A stretch of 64,000 bases of DNA from Alcanivoracaceae bacterium (GTDB lineage Bacteria > Pseudomonadota > Gammaproteobacteria > Pseudomonadales > Alcanivoracaceae): positions 14,478 to 78,477 of the forward strand of contig JAGLCJ010000016.1 of assembly GCA_023146255.1 (NCBI GenBank), read 5' to 3'. Position numbers and translations under genes: made by a program. Shown piece after piece: positions 18,002 through 28,261 of this stretch. The notes beneath the pieces were generated by a model. It did no database searches. It was not told the origin of the DNA and saw nothing but the letters and a program-made list of their open reading frames with translations. How positions within the stretch are numbered: position 1 is the first letter of the stretch; every line of letters begins with the position of its first letter.

Positions 18002-19273
18002 ATGGCCAGGAAATCTGCCCGCAAAAACGCCTTCTACGCCCAGTCCGGCGGCGTCACCGCCGTCATCAACGCCTCCGCCGCCGGCGTCATTGAAGCCGCC
18101 CGCGAGAGCAAGGTGATCGGCAAGGTCTATGCCGGCCGCAATGGCATCATCGGCGCCCTGCTGGAAGAACTGATCGACACCAGTCAGGAATCGAAATCCG
18201 CCATCGCCGCGCTGAAACACACCCCCGGCGGTGCCTTCGGCTCCTGCCGCTACAAGCTGAAATCGCTGGAACAGAACCGCCGCCAGTACGAGCGCCTGAT
18301 CGAAGTGTTCCGCGCCCACGATATCGGTTACTTCTTCTACAACGGCGGCGGTGACTCCGCCGACACCTGCCTGAAGGTCTCCCAGCTGGCTGAAACCATG
18401 GGTTATCCGATTCAGGCCATTCACGTTCCGAAAACCGTCGACAATGACCTGCCGATCACCGACTGCTCACCGGGCTTCGGTTCGGTGGCCAAGTACACGG
18501 CGGTGTCGATCCGTGAAGCGGCACTGGATGTGAAGTCCATGTGCGCCACCTCCACCAAGGTGTTCGTGATGGAAGTGATGGGCCGTCACGCCGGCTGGAT
18601 TGCCGCTGCGGCGGGTCTGGCCCAGGAGCAGGACGGCGATGCACCGCATATCATCCTGTTCCCGGAAATCGCTTTTGATCAGGACAAGTTTCTGAAAAAA
18701 GTCGATCAGGTGGTGAAGAAAAACGGCTACTGCGTGATCGCCGTGTCCGAGGGCGCCCGCTACAAGGACGGCACCTTCCTCGCCGATGCCGGCAGCGTTG
18801 ATGCCTTCGGCCACAAGCAGCTCGGCGGTGTTGCCCCGGTGCTGGCGCAGATGGTCAAGGACAAGCTCGGCTACAAATATCACTGGGCGGTGCCGGATTA
18901 TCTGCAGCGCTCGGCCCGGCATCTGGCCTCCGAGGTCGATCTGGAGCAGGCCTACGCCGTCGGCCGCGCAGCAGTGCAGTTCGCCGAAGCGGGCCATAAT
19001 GCGGTGATGCCGGCCATCATTCGCGGCAAGGGCAAGAAATACAGCTGGTCGATTGGCGAGGCGCCGCTGGCTCAGGTCGCCAATGTCGAGAAGAAGATGC
19101 CGCGCAACTTTATCAGCCGCGACGGCTTCGGTATCACTCAGGAAGCCCGCGAGTACCTGTCGCCACTGATTCAGGGCGAAGCCCTGCCGCCGTACCACAA
19201 CGGCCTGCCAGTACAGGCGCGGTTGAAGCTGGCGCCGGTGGCGAAGAAACTGAAGGGTAAATTCGAGCTGTAA
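18002..19273 (+). CDS. 6-phosphofructokinase, probably pyrophosphate-dependent
   Basis: 423 aa of the PFK family. It has GGGDS where ATP-dependent enzymes have GGDGS, and PKTVDND (Lys) where they have PGTIDND (Gly). This Asp/Lys signature is reported for PPi-dependent enzymes. Confidence 0.85.
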   Translation: MARKSARKNAFYAQSGGVTAVINASAAGVIEAARESKVIGKVYAGRNGIIGALLEELIDTSQESKSAIAALKHTPGGAFGSCRYKLKSLEQNRRQYERLIEVFRAHDIGYFFYNGGGDSADTCLKVSQLAETMGYPIQAIHVPKTVDNDLPITDCSPGFGSVAKYTAVSIREAALDVKSMCATSTKVFVMEVMGRHAGWIAAAAGLAQEQDGDAPHIILFPEIAFDQDKFLKKVDQVVKKNGYCVIAVSEGARYKDGTFLADAGSVDAFGHKQLGGVAPVLAQMVKDKLGYKYHWAVPDYLQRSARHLASEVDLEQAYAVGRAAVQFAEAGHNAVMPAIIRGKGKKYSWSIGEAPLAQVANVEKKMPRNFISRDGFGITQEAREYLSPLIQGEALPPYHNGLPVQARLKLAPVAKKLKGKFEL

Positions 19274-19313
19274 AGGCGGGCTCTTCAATAACCGGGAAAA
19301 TAGCAGGATGCTA

Positions 19314-19427
19314 GGCCGGCGCACCTGACGGGACTTGCCGGGACTGTGTGAGGCATGGATGCCGAACACAAGCCCCCAGGGATGGGTTCACGGCGGGTCC
19401 CGGCAAGTCCCGTCAGGTGCGCCGGCC
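19314..19427. repeat. Family A palindromic element, copy 2 (114 bp, inverted relative to copy 1)
   Basis: The perfect 30-nt terminal inverted repeat is GGCCGGCGCACCTGACGGGACTTGCCGGGA. It begins 41 nt after the pfk stop. Confidence 0.85.
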
Positions 19428-19472
19428 GGTTCGATCACCACCAGACCCGTTCACCACGAAGAGGCATCCGTG

Positions 19473-19667
19473 ATGAAAGTCCTTGCAGAGATGAGCAAAA
19501 AGGAATTTGTATACGAGTGCGCCACCCGGGCACTGGCGGCCAGCTTTGCCAACCCGACGGCCAAGCCGTCGATTGCCAGCATGGTCCGCGACGCCGAAAA
19601 CCTGTGGAACGAATTGCAGGAATGGGAATCACTGGAATCATCGTCATCACAAGGAGTATCACCATGA
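19473..19667 (+). CDS. Small hypothetical protein (64 aa)
   Basis: ATG 19473 lies downstream of the repeat, and the stop overlaps the ATG of the rhodanese gene (ATGA). The protein is acidic and helical-looking (MKVLAEMSKKEFVYECATRALAA...). The longer ORF-track version begins inside the repeat. Confidence 0.45.
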   Translation: MKVLAEMSKKEFVYECATRALAASFANPTAKPSIASMVRDAENLWNELQEWESLESSSSQGVSP

Positions 19668-20044
19668 AACGTTTTGTCTCCGCCTCACTGCTCTGCCTGT
19701 CCCTGATTGGCGTCCCGGCGCTGGCCGCCGAGAACGTCTCGGTGGAAACCCTTGCCGGCCAGATTGCCAGCGGCAAGGCACCGCTGATCATTGACGTGCG
19801 CACCGAGGATGACTTCCTCGCCGGCCGCATCCCCGGTGCCCGCCTGATCCCGCATACCGAGATGGGCAACTACGTCGACAGCCTGTCGGCCTACAAGGAC
19901 GAGCCGATCCTGCTCTACTGCCGTACCGGCAACCGCTCAGGTCAGGCCGCCGCCGTGCTGGAGAAGGCCGGTTTCACCAAGGTTCAGGTGCTGGAGGGCA
20001 GCTTCCCGGGCTGGGAAGCGGCCGGTCACAAGGTCCAGAAGTAA
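19664..20044 (+). CDS. Periplasmic rhodanese-domain sulfurtransferase
   Basis: ORF 19355..20044 trimmed to ATG 19664, which has AAGGAG upstream. Signal peptide MKRFVSASLLCLSLIGVPALA and active-site loop CRTGNRS. Confidence 0.8.
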   Translation: MKRFVSASLLCLSLIGVPALAAENVSVETLAGQIASGKAPLIIDVRTEDDFLAGRIPGARLIPHTEMGNYVDSLSAYKDEPILLYCRTGNRSGQAAAVLEKAGFTKVQVLEGSFPGWEAAGHKVQK

Positions 20045-20163
20045 CTCCGTCCGGACCATGCCGTTCACCGGCATGGTCCGACAGCCCCGCTCACAAAGTG
20101 GCCTGCCCCGGTTTTCCGTTGCTATAATCCGCGCCCCCAGCAACCTCCGGTAAAGGACAGATC

Positions 20164-20694
20164 ATGGATTTTGACAAGGTTCCGGCGGGCAAATCCCTGC
20201 CTGACGACATCTACGTAGTCATCGAGATTCCGGCCAACAGCTCGCCGATCAAGTACGAGATCGACAAAGACAGCCACGCCGTATTCGTCGACCGCTTCAT
20301 GGCCACGCCGATGTTCTACCCGGCCAACTACGGCTATATCCCGCAGACCCTGTCCGAAGACGGCGATGCTCTGGACGTACTGGTCGTGACCCCGTATCCG
20401 GTGGTGCCGGGCTCTGTAATCCGCGCCCGTCCGGTCGGCATGCTGAACATGAGCGACGAAGCCGGCAAAGATGCCAAGCTGATCGCCGTACCGCACGACA
20501 AGCTGTCGGCGATGTACCACAAGATCAAGGAAGTCAGCGACCTGCCGGAACTGCTGATCAAGCAGATCGAGCACTTCTTCGAGAACTACAAGGATCTCGA
20601 GCCGGGCAAGTGGGTAAAAGTGGATGGCTGGGCTGATGCCGCCGCCGCTCGCGCCGAAATCATCAAAGCTGCCGAAGCCTACAACAAAGGCTGA
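20164..20694 (+). CDS. ppa: Inorganic pyrophosphatase (family I)
   Basis: 176 aa with blocks YGYIPQT and [10 protein letters not shown]. Confidence 0.93.
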   Translation: MDFDKVPAGKSLPDDIYVVIEIPANSSPIKYEIDKDSHAVFVDRFMATPMFYPANYGYIPQTLSEDGDALDVLVVTPYPVVPGSVIRARPVGMLNMSDEAGKDAKLIAVPHDKLSAMYHKIKEVSDLPELLIKQIEHFFENYKDLEPGKWVKVDGWADAAAARAEIIKAAEAYNKG

Positions 20695-20707
20695 TCGCAA
20701 CCTTGCG

Positions 20708-20739
20708 AAAAAAGCCCCGCCATGGCGGGGCTTTTTTTT
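20708..20739 (+). terminator. Rho-independent terminator after ppa
   Basis: AAAAAAGCCCCGCC-AT-GGCGGGGCTTTTTTTT. Confidence 0.85.
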
Positions 20740-20780
20740 GCCCGGCGTGCTACAAATCAGCGCTGACTGGCGGAGCGTAT

Positions 20781-21980
20781 ATGTCCAACCCCTATCTGCA
20801 GGAAAAACGTAACGTTGCCATTCTGGTTACCAGCCAGACCCTGTATATGGTGGCATCGATCACGGTGATGACATTAAGCGGTGTGGTCGGCCTGCGACTC
20901 AGCCCGGACCCGGGAATGGCAACGCTGCCTATTGCGATGATGATGCTTGGTGCACTGGTCTCGACACTGCCCGCTTCGCTGTTCATGAAGCGAGTCGGCC
21001 GGCAAACCGGTTTTATTACCGGCGCCGCGCTCGGTGGTGTTGCCGGCGGCACGCTGGCATTTATTGGCATTGCCCAGCAATCCTTTGCCCTGTTCTGCGC
21101 CGGCAACCTGTTGATCGGTTTGTATCAGGGCTTTGCCATGTACTACCGCTTCGCAGCGGCCGACGTCGCCAGCCCGGCGTTTCGCAGCCGGGCCATTTCC
21201 TTTGTCATGGCCGGCGGTGTGGTGGCGGCATTTCTCGGCCCATGGAATGCCAGCCTGACCAATGACTGGGTTACCTCTGTACCTGATGGCAGCCCGTATC
21301 TGATCATTGCCTCGCTGGCGTTGCTGGCGATTTTCCTGCTGGCATTTTTACGCGTACCGCCGAGCGGCGAACCACAGCCGGGTGACCTGTCTCGCTCGCT
21401 GACCGAGATTGCCTTGCAACCACAGTTTGTTGTCGCCGTGCTGGCCGCGTCGATTGGTTATGCCGTAATGGCACTGGTGATGACGGCAACACCGTTATCG
21501 ATGCGCGCTGCCGGGTTTGAACGCAGCCAGATGGCGATGGTGATGCAGTGGCATGTACTTGGCATGTTTGCACCATCGTTTGTTACCGGCAGTCTGATCG
21601 CCCGTTTCGGCGTCAGCCGGATCATTCTTACCGGCTGTGCATTGCTCGTTGGCACTGCACTGATTGCCAGTCAGGGCAACAGCCTGATGCATTTCTTTGT
21701 CGCGTTGGTGCTACTCGGCATTGGCTGGAATTTTCTGTTTATCGGCGGCAGCTCCCTGCTTACCGGCACCCACAGCGAAACTGAACGCGGCAAGGTGCAG
21801 GGCGTCAACGACCTGCTGATTTTTGCCATGGTGGCAGTCAGCTCATTGCTGGCCGGAAAATTACTGCATCTGCTCGGCTGGGCCAGCATGAATCTGGCCA
21901 TGTTACCAATGGTGGCCCTGGTGGCGGCCGCCACGCTTTGGCTGACCTTCAGACAGCGGCGTCAGGACAACATCGCCTGA
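20781..21980 (+). CDS. MFS transporter
   Basis: ORF 20703..21980 trimmed to ATG 20781, which has GGAG 5 nt upstream. The longer version would start inside the ppa terminator. About 12 hydrophobic segments. Confidence 0.8.
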   Translation: MSNPYLQEKRNVAILVTSQTLYMVASITVMTLSGVVGLRLSPDPGMATLPIAMMMLGALVSTLPASLFMKRVGRQTGFITGAALGGVAGGTLAFIGIAQQSFALFCAGNLLIGLYQGFAMYYRFAAADVASPAFRSRAISFVMAGGVVAAFLGPWNASLTNDWVTSVPDGSPYLIIASLALLAIFLLAFLRVPPSGEPQPGDLSRSLTEIALQPQFVVAVLAASIGYAVMALVMTATPLSMRAAGFERSQMAMVMQWHVLGMFAPSFVTGSLIARFGVSRIILTGCALLVGTALIASQGNSLMHFFVALVLLGIGWNFLFIGGSSLLTGTHSETERGKVQGVNDLLIFAMVAVSSLLAGKLLHLLGWASMNLAMLPMVALVAAATLWLTFRQRRQDNIA

Positions 21981-22000
21981 TCGCCACCACCGGAAGCGGC

Positions 22001-24220
22001 TCAACCCGCTGCGCGCACCTGCACCGGCTGACCGTTGAGAATCGCCGTGCCGGTCAATGCATCGGTATGATCATTGCGAATCACGTCGTTGATGCTGACG
22101 CCAGCATGACGGCTGGCGACGCCCATGCGTACACCTTCACGGGCATGGCCAAAACCATGTGGAATGCTGATCACACCTGACATAATGCTGTCGGTAATTT
22201 CCGCCGGCAGGCAAATGCTGCCTGCTTCGGTACTGACTTCCACCTCGGCGCCATCTGCAATACCAAGACGCTCAGCATCCTGCGGATGCAACATCACTGT
22301 GCAGCGGGTTTTGCCTTTCACCAGTCGCTGACTGTTGTGCATCCAGGAATTATTGCTGCGCACATGGCGGCGACCAATCAAACGCAACTGATCGTCGGCC
22401 TGCGGCGAGACCTGCTCCAGTGCTTCCAGCTCATGAATGTAAACCTGTGGCACCAGATGGATGCGCTGATCGCGAGTGTAGAGCCGATCCGGCAGCGCCG
22501 GCTGCAGCGGGCCAAGATCAATGCCATGCGGCTCGGCAATCACTTTCTCCAGCGTCAGCCCATCACTGTCCTGTTGCATTGGAATGTTACCGCTGCCCAG
22601 CAAGGGCAAGCGTGCCAGCAACGCACGCAGACTGTTGATCCTGCCACGCCAGTCTCCATATGGACCGAGCCGCAGACCCAGATCAATTATGCCGGTGTCA
22701 CCCAGACGTGATAGCACCCGATGCAGTGCCTTGGCCTTGATGCTGGACCAGCGGTCACGACTGTTCAGCCGGGTAATCAGCTCAAGCAGTATCTGCCAGT
22801 CATGCAGCGCGCCGGATTCCGGCTCGAACAGCGCCGGCGAAAACTTGATGGTATTACGCACCGCCACCAGATGAAACACCGGGTCAAACTGGGCATGTTC
22901 GAGCTGGCCTGTGGGCGGCAGAATAATGTCCGCATGACGGGTGGTTTCGTTGATGTAAAAATCAATCGACACCATGAAGTCGAGACCGGAAAACGCCTGA
23001 TCCAGACGCTGACCATCCGGGCAAGACAGCACCGGATTGCCGGCGTGGGTCACCATGGCGCGAATCTGGCCCTTGCCCGGAGTGAGAATTTCGTCGGCCA
23101 GTGTTGCCACCGGAAACTCACCGCCGAATTCCGGCATTTGCCGCACCCGACTGCGAAACCGGGCGAAGCCGCCAGTTTCACCGGTCATGCCAGCAATGCC
23201 GACTACGTCAAACGCAGGCTTGGTAAACATCAGGCCGCCGGCACGATCAAAATTACCGGTAACAATATTCATCGCATACACCAGCCAGGCACTTAAACCA
23301 CTGTGCCGTGAAGTGGTGGTACCGACCCGGCTATAGGCCGCAGCGCAATTCGCCGCGGCAAAGTCACGGGCGATCTGCTTGATAGTTTCTCCGGGTATGC
23401 CGGTATGCCTCGCCGCTCGCTCAGCGGTCCACGGCTTGACCAGACCCTGTAGCAACTCAAGACCATCGATCATGTCGACCAGATGCCCCGGCTTCGCCAG
23501 TCGCTCGGCGAACAGCACATTGAGCAACCCCAGCAGCAAGAACACATCCGTACCGGGGCGGATAAAGTGATGGGCATCGGCGACTTCTGCGGTCTCGGTG
23601 CGGCGCGGGTCCAGCACAACGATCTTGCCACCACGACTGCGAATGGCCTTCAAGCGGTTACGCATGTCCGGGGCCGTCATAATGCTGCCGTTGGAGGCCA
23701 TCGGGTTGGCGCCGATCACCAGAAAATATTCGGTGCGATCAATGTCCGGCACAGGGAACAGTGCCTGATGGCCAAACATCTTCAGGCAGGCCAGCTGGTG
23801 CGGCAGCTGATCCACGGAGGTCGCGCTGTAGCGGTTACGACTGCCAAGCGCACGAATAAACGGCAGCAGCATTAACAGGGCGCCGTGGTTATGGGCCGTG
23901 GGATTGCCAGCGTACAAACCAATCGCCTCACCGCCATGCTCCCGGCGAATCGCTTTCAGGCGCGTGGCGGTTTCATCCAGCGCCTCCTGCCAGCTGATCT
24001 CCTGCCAACCATTGGCAGTACGCCGGACCGGCCGGCGCAGCCGGTCCGGATCCTGATGCAGGTCCTGCAGCGCCACCGCCTTCGGGCAGATATGACCGCG
24101 ACTGAAGGGATCGCTCTTGTCGCCACGAATAGCGGTGATGGTGTCGCCGGCAAGCTCAATCTCGATGCCGCACATGGCTTCACAGAGGTTGCAGGTACGG
24201 TGGTGAAGACGGGTTTCCAT
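22001..24220 (-). CDS. Molybdopterin-dependent oxidoreductase (formate dehydrogenase/DMSO reductase superfamily), stand-alone
   Basis: Trimmed to ATG 24220 (METRLHHRTCNLCEAMCG, an N-terminal Fe-S cysteine cluster). Large MopB-like body. No Tat signal and no partner subunits adjacent. Confidence 0.8.
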   Translation of the reverse strand: METRLHHRTCNLCEAMCGIEIELAGDTITAIRGDKSDPFSRGHICPKAVALQDLHQDPDRLRRPVRRTANGWQEISWQEALDETATRLKAIRREHGGEAIGLYAGNPTAHNHGALLMLLPFIRALGSRNRYSATSVDQLPHQLACLKMFGHQALFPVPDIDRTEYFLVIGANPMASNGSIMTAPDMRNRLKAIRSRGGKIVVLDPRRTETAEVADAHHFIRPGTDVFLLLGLLNVLFAERLAKPGHLVDMIDGLELLQGLVKPWTAERAARHTGIPGETIKQIARDFAAANCAAAYSRVGTTTSRHSGLSAWLVYAMNIVTGNFDRAGGLMFTKPAFDVVGIAGMTGETGGFARFRSRVRQMPEFGGEFPVATLADEILTPGKGQIRAMVTHAGNPVLSCPDGQRLDQAFSGLDFMVSIDFYINETTRHADIILPPTGQLEHAQFDPVFHLVAVRNTIKFSPALFEPESGALHDWQILLELITRLNSRDRWSSIKAKALHRVLSRLGDTGIIDLGLRLGPYGDWRGRINSLRALLARLPLLGSGNIPMQQDSDGLTLEKVIAEPHGIDLGPLQPALPDRLYTRDQRIHLVPQVYIHELEALEQVSPQADDQLRLIGRRHVRSNNSWMHNSQRLVKGKTRCTVMLHPQDAERLGIADGAEVEVSTEAGSICLPAEITDSIMSGVISIPHGFGHAREGVRMGVASRHAGVSINDVIRNDHTDALTGTAILNGQPVQVRAAG

Positions 24221-24378
24221 GGCCAGCTCCGCAAGGGGGATGGCACAGTCTGCCCCTGAGCCGCCGGCCACTCAAGTCAGTCAATAACGACAATTTGATC
24301 CTTATCGCCAGTTGGTGCCGGCGGTAAGCCGGGCTAGACTGCCGAAGGGACATACTGACTCGAATAACAAGGACGCCT

Positions 24379-26793
24379 GTGCACAAACTTAGCCTGACCC
24401 GGACGCTGTCTCATCTGCTGTTGCTGACCCTGCTGTTGGCGCCGGTCAGTGGCAGCAGCGCCGCATTGGTGTCTGGCGGCGGCAATCAGTTGCTGGAGTC
24501 GATGCAATGGCTGCGCGACCCGGATCACCAGCTCGGCCCCCGTGAAGCGCTGACTCGGCTGCGGGAACAGGGGAGCTTGAACGAACGCGGCAATCATCCT
24601 GCCTTCGGCTTTGATCGCAGCGCCATCTGGTTTCTTATTCCGCTGCACAATGACACCAATGAGCTGGACTGGATTATCCAGGCCGGCCGGCCGCACATGG
24701 ACAACCTCGACCTGTTCCTGTTCGATCAGCAGGATCAGCTGATTGCCAGTTTCCGTCATGGCGACCAGGTGCCCTGGAGTGAGCGCCCTTACCCACATAC
24801 CAACCTGCTATTCCCGCTGGAACTGAAACCGGGGCAGGACTACCGGCTGGTGTTCCGGGCCGCATCGGTCGGTGCCATCGAGCTGCCACTGGTGACGATG
24901 ACGCCCTACGCGTTCCAGCAGTACGACACCGTGTTCCAGAATTTCGTTGGCCTGTACCTGGGTGCCATTGGCGTCATGCTACTGTTCAACCTGTTGCTGT
25001 ACTTCTCCATCCGCGACAGCAGTTATCTGATGTACTGCCTCTACCTCGCCGGCCTGCTTGGCTATCTGACCAGCCGTGAAAGTCTGCCGTTCAAGTTACT
25101 GTGGCCGGAACAGCCATGGCTGAACAATCCGGTGCAGGCGGCCTCGGCGATTCTCGGCACCGGCTTTGTCGCATTGTTTGCCTGCGACTTCATGCGTCTG
25201 CGCGAGTCCCGACCACGCATCGGTCACGCTATCCATTACGCCGGCTGGAGTCTGGTAATCATCGCGCCGCTATCAACACTGGTAGAAACCGGCACCGTGC
25301 TGCGCATTGTCACCGCCAGCGCCGCCTTCCTGGTGCTGCCAATCATTGCCATTACCATTGACCGGATTCGCGCCGGCTATCGGCCGGCTCGCTATTTCCT
25401 GCTGTCCTTCAGTCCGTTTGCGGTAATGGTTGTACTGTTCATGCTGAAGACCTACTCGTTCATTGATAGCAGCTGGCTGATCGATCATGGTTTTGAGATT
25501 GGTAGCATGATCGAGGCTTGGCTGCTGTCATTCGCGCTGGCCTATCGCTTTACCATGCTTCGTGATGAAAACGAACGCATGCAACGCGACGCCACCGTCG
25601 AGCTGGAACAAAGGGTGATCGAGCGCACCCGTGAGTTGCACAATGCCCTGAACGCGCGCAGCCAGTTTCTGGCGGTAATGAGCCATGAAATACGCACCCC
25701 GCTGAACGGCATTATCGGCACGGTCGACATGCTCAAAGATGGTGTCCAGGATCCTGAACAACAACGCCACCTGCACGTTATTGAGCAGTCAGGCAACACC
25801 TTGCTGGCACTGATCAACGACATCCTTGACTACGCCAGCATCGAATCCGGCAAGGTGCCGATCATTTCCGAACAGTTCAATCTGCCGGCACTAAGCAGTG
25901 AGACGGCTGGCCTTTACGCCCAGAACGCGAAAAGAAAAGGTTTGAACATCAATCTGGATGTGGACCCCAACATCGGCACTCTGTGTCAGGGCGACCCGGT
26001 TCGACTGCGGCAGATTCTCGGCAATCTGATCAGCAACGCGGTGAAATTTACCGAGCATGGAGAGGTCCGGGTCAGCCTGCGCCGCGACCATGACAATGCA
26101 GACTATGCCCTGTTCGAAGTGGCAGACACTGGTATCGGCATTGCCCCGGATACTCTCAGCCAGCTGTTTGAATTGTTCCAGCAAGCCGACAGCTCGACCC
26201 GTCGCCGTTATGGCGGCACCGGGCTGGGTCTGGCCATCTGCCGTCAGCTGGTGGAGCTGCTCGGCGGCGAGATCGGAGTCCAGAGCACGCCGGGCAAGGG
26301 CTCGCGATTCTGGTTCCGACTGCCGCTACCGCAAACATCGGTTGAACAGCGACAGGCCGAAGCGATCGACAGGGCCGGCGAGAACAGAACTCCGGGGGTA
26401 AGGCTGCTGATTGTCGACGACAATCACGTTAACCTGCTGGTGGCGCAGGGACTGGCACGAAAGCTTGGCCATCAAGTGGAAGTGGCAGAAAGCGGTCCGG
26501 AAGCCATTGCCGTGCTCCTCAATGACAGTCGCCCGTATGATCTTATTCTGATGGATTGCGAGATGCCGGACATGGACGGCTTTGAAACTACCGCGGAAAT
26601 TATTCGCCTGCAGAACGAAGGCAAGGTGCCACCGATTCCGATTGTTGCACTGACCGCCCATGCCGTGCCGGACAAGATTCGCGCCTGCCATGACGCCGGC
26701 ATGATCAGCCACATCGCCAAACCGATTAACAGCGAGAAGCTGGACCGAGAACTGCGCACCATCCTCCATCTTGATCAGCACGACACCGCCTAG
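24379..26793 (+). CDS. Hybrid sensor histidine kinase/response regulator with 7TMR-DISM sensor module
   Basis: GTG start, 804 aa. Signal peptide, an extracellular domain and about 7 TM helices. HisKA (MSHEIRTPLNGI), HATPase (GGTGLGLAI) and a C-terminal receiver (LLIVDDNHVN...LILMDCEMPDMDG). Confidence 0.88.
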   Translation: MHKLSLTRTLSHLLLLTLLLAPVSGSSAALVSGGGNQLLESMQWLRDPDHQLGPREALTRLREQGSLNERGNHPAFGFDRSAIWFLIPLHNDTNELDWIIQAGRPHMDNLDLFLFDQQDQLIASFRHGDQVPWSERPYPHTNLLFPLELKPGQDYRLVFRAASVGAIELPLVTMTPYAFQQYDTVFQNFVGLYLGAIGVMLLFNLLLYFSIRDSSYLMYCLYLAGLLGYLTSRESLPFKLLWPEQPWLNNPVQAASAILGTGFVALFACDFMRLRESRPRIGHAIHYAGWSLVIIAPLSTLVETGTVLRIVTASAAFLVLPIIAITIDRIRAGYRPARYFLLSFSPFAVMVVLFMLKTYSFIDSSWLIDHGFEIGSMIEAWLLSFALAYRFTMLRDENERMQRDATVELEQRVIERTRELHNALNARSQFLAVMSHEIRTPLNGIIGTVDMLKDGVQDPEQQRHLHVIEQSGNTLLALINDILDYASIESGKVPIISEQFNLPALSSETAGLYAQNAKRKGLNINLDVDPNIGTLCQGDPVRLRQILGNLISNAVKFTEHGEVRVSLRRDHDNADYALFEVADTGIGIAPDTLSQLFELFQQADSSTRRRYGGTGLGLAICRQLVELLGGEIGVQSTPGKGSRFWFRLPLPQTSVEQRQAEAIDRAGENRTPGVRLLIVDDNHVNLLVAQGLARKLGHQVEVAESGPEAIAVLLNDSRPYDLILMDCEMPDMDGFETTAEIIRLQNEGKVPPIPIVALTAHAVPDKIRACHDAGMISHIAKPINSEKLDRELRTILHLDQHDTA

Positions 26794-26858
26794 GAGCGAC
26801 CGAGCGGCCGCGAAATCTTTCTATCAGGAAATTTCGCCGCCGATCGACGGCTCCTGCA
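26791..26858. repeat. Family C REP pair (inverted), copy 1
   Basis: TAGGAGCGACCGAGCGGCCGCGAAAT ... ATTTCGCCGCCGATCGACGGCTCCTGCA. It starts on the kinase stop codon and ends 6 nt before the VWA gene stop. Confidence 0.8.
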
Positions 26859-26863
26859 AAAAT

Positions 26864-28252
26864 TCAGCCTCGGGTCAGATCGCGCAGCAAGCGGTCAACA
26901 AAACGCTCCAGCCCGGCCAGATTGGAACAGGGCAGTGCATCACGACAGTAAGGCTGATACAGCGGCATCACCGAATCGCCACTGCCCCAGCGTCCACGCG
27001 ACTCCGGATTCAACCAGAACACCTGCCGGCAACGACGGCCGATATGGCCCAGCAGATGCTGCTCAGCGGGCAGCTCATTGTTGCGGGCATCACCGAGAAT
27101 AATCACGGTGGTGCGCTGATCCAGATCAGCTTCGCACTGATCGAGAAAATCCCTGAGCATGCTGCCGTAATCCGTGCCGGAACCGGCATAACGATCCATC
27201 ACCTCATTAATGGCCTGATCCGACCGCATGCTATTGAACAGTGATGTCACCTCACCAAACCGTGAGGCAAAGGCAAAGCTGCGCACCGACGGCACCACAT
27301 CATTCACCGCATAAAGAAACATCAGCAGAAAACGCGCCGCGGCACTGACCGAACTGGAGACATCACAGATCACCATCAGCTTCGGCTTCTGAATGCGCCG
27401 GCGACGCCACACTAGAGACGCCGGCACACCACCATGCTTCAGTGCCATCACCGTGGTACGGCGACCATCCAGCTGACCACGCCGGGCGCGGCGCTGGCGC
27501 CGGCCGTGCTTGCGGGCCAGACGCCGGGCCATCTTCTCGACCTGCTGCCGGACATCCCGAAACTCTGCCAGCGTGCGCAAATTAGCCTCGCGCAGCATCT
27601 GTTCACGCAACTGCCGGCCCTGCTCGCGGGCCTGAAGTACAAACTGGTCTGCCACATATTCGCGCACCGCTTCGCGCAACTGGTTACGGGCACTGCGCAA
27701 CTGCGCCGCCAGGCGCTGATCCTTTCGGCGCTCGCTGTTATCCAGCGCAATGATTTCCTGATCCAGCGCTTCACCGCCAAGCGCCTGAATGATGCGCCGG
27801 CCATACAAGCCCTTCTGGGTAATCACTCGGATATTGTCGAGGCCGACATTACGCGCGGCCTCCGCCATTTGCCGGCTCAGCTGGGCACTATCGTCCGCCA
27901 GCAGCTGCTGTCCCAGCGCCGAGGAAGCGCCGGCCCCGGCGCCGCCCTGCTGACCTGGCATCATGTCACGCAGGCGATCCAGCAATGACGGCGACGGCTG
28001 CTCCGACTGCGCTGCCGAGGCCGCCGGCGGCATACCATCGAAACGGAAAAAATCATCGAAACATTGGTCGAACGCCAGCTTGTCATGCTCGCTTTTCGCC
28101 AGCACCAGCGATAACCCCTGCTTCAGCGCTTCACGGTTCTGATAGCCGAGCAATGCCGTGACCTGCACTGCATCGAGCGTTTCAGCTGGCGACACTGGCA
28201 GTTCGGCGCCGCGCAGCACCTTGACGAAGCGGCCGATCACCTGCTCCGACAT
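26864..28252 (-). CDS. VWA domain protein (CoxE-like)
   Basis: 462 aa with a C-terminal VWA domain carrying the MIDAS motif DxSxS (ICDVSSSVS). It lies immediately downstream of a MoxR ATPase. Confidence 0.8.
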   Translation of the reverse strand: MSEQVIGRFVKVLRGAELPVSPAETLDAVQVTALLGYQNREALKQGLSLVLAKSEHDKLAFDQCFDDFFRFDGMPPAASAAQSEQPSPSLLDRLRDMMPGQQGGAGAGASSALGQQLLADDSAQLSRQMAEAARNVGLDNIRVITQKGLYGRRIIQALGGEALDQEIIALDNSERRKDQRLAAQLRSARNQLREAVREYVADQFVLQAREQGRQLREQMLREANLRTLAEFRDVRQQVEKMARRLARKHGRRQRRARRGQLDGRRTTVMALKHGGVPASLVWRRRRIQKPKLMVICDVSSSVSAAARFLLMFLYAVNDVVPSVRSFAFASRFGEVTSLFNSMRSDQAINEVMDRYAGSGTDYGSMLRDFLDQCEADLDQRTTVIILGDARNNELPAEQHLLGHIGRRCRQVFWLNPESRGRWGSGDSVMPLYQPYCRDALPCSNLAGLERFVDRLLRDLTRG

Positions 28253-28261
28253 CAGCGCATC

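Noticed and set aside
17524-18093. 189-aa ORF, and neighbouring ORFs 17450..17749 and 17618..17836, in the mpl/pfk intergenic region
   Set aside because: They are translations of the family A and B palindromic repeats. The same pseudo-peptide (CE.WM.NTS.QGR.HGVSRQ) reappears wherever the repeat occurs (19335.., 29897..), which marks repeat-derived ORFs.
18467-19369. 300-aa minus-strand ORF antisense to pfk, extending into the family A repeat
   Set aside because: It overlaps pfk, and its 5' end is repeat sequence.
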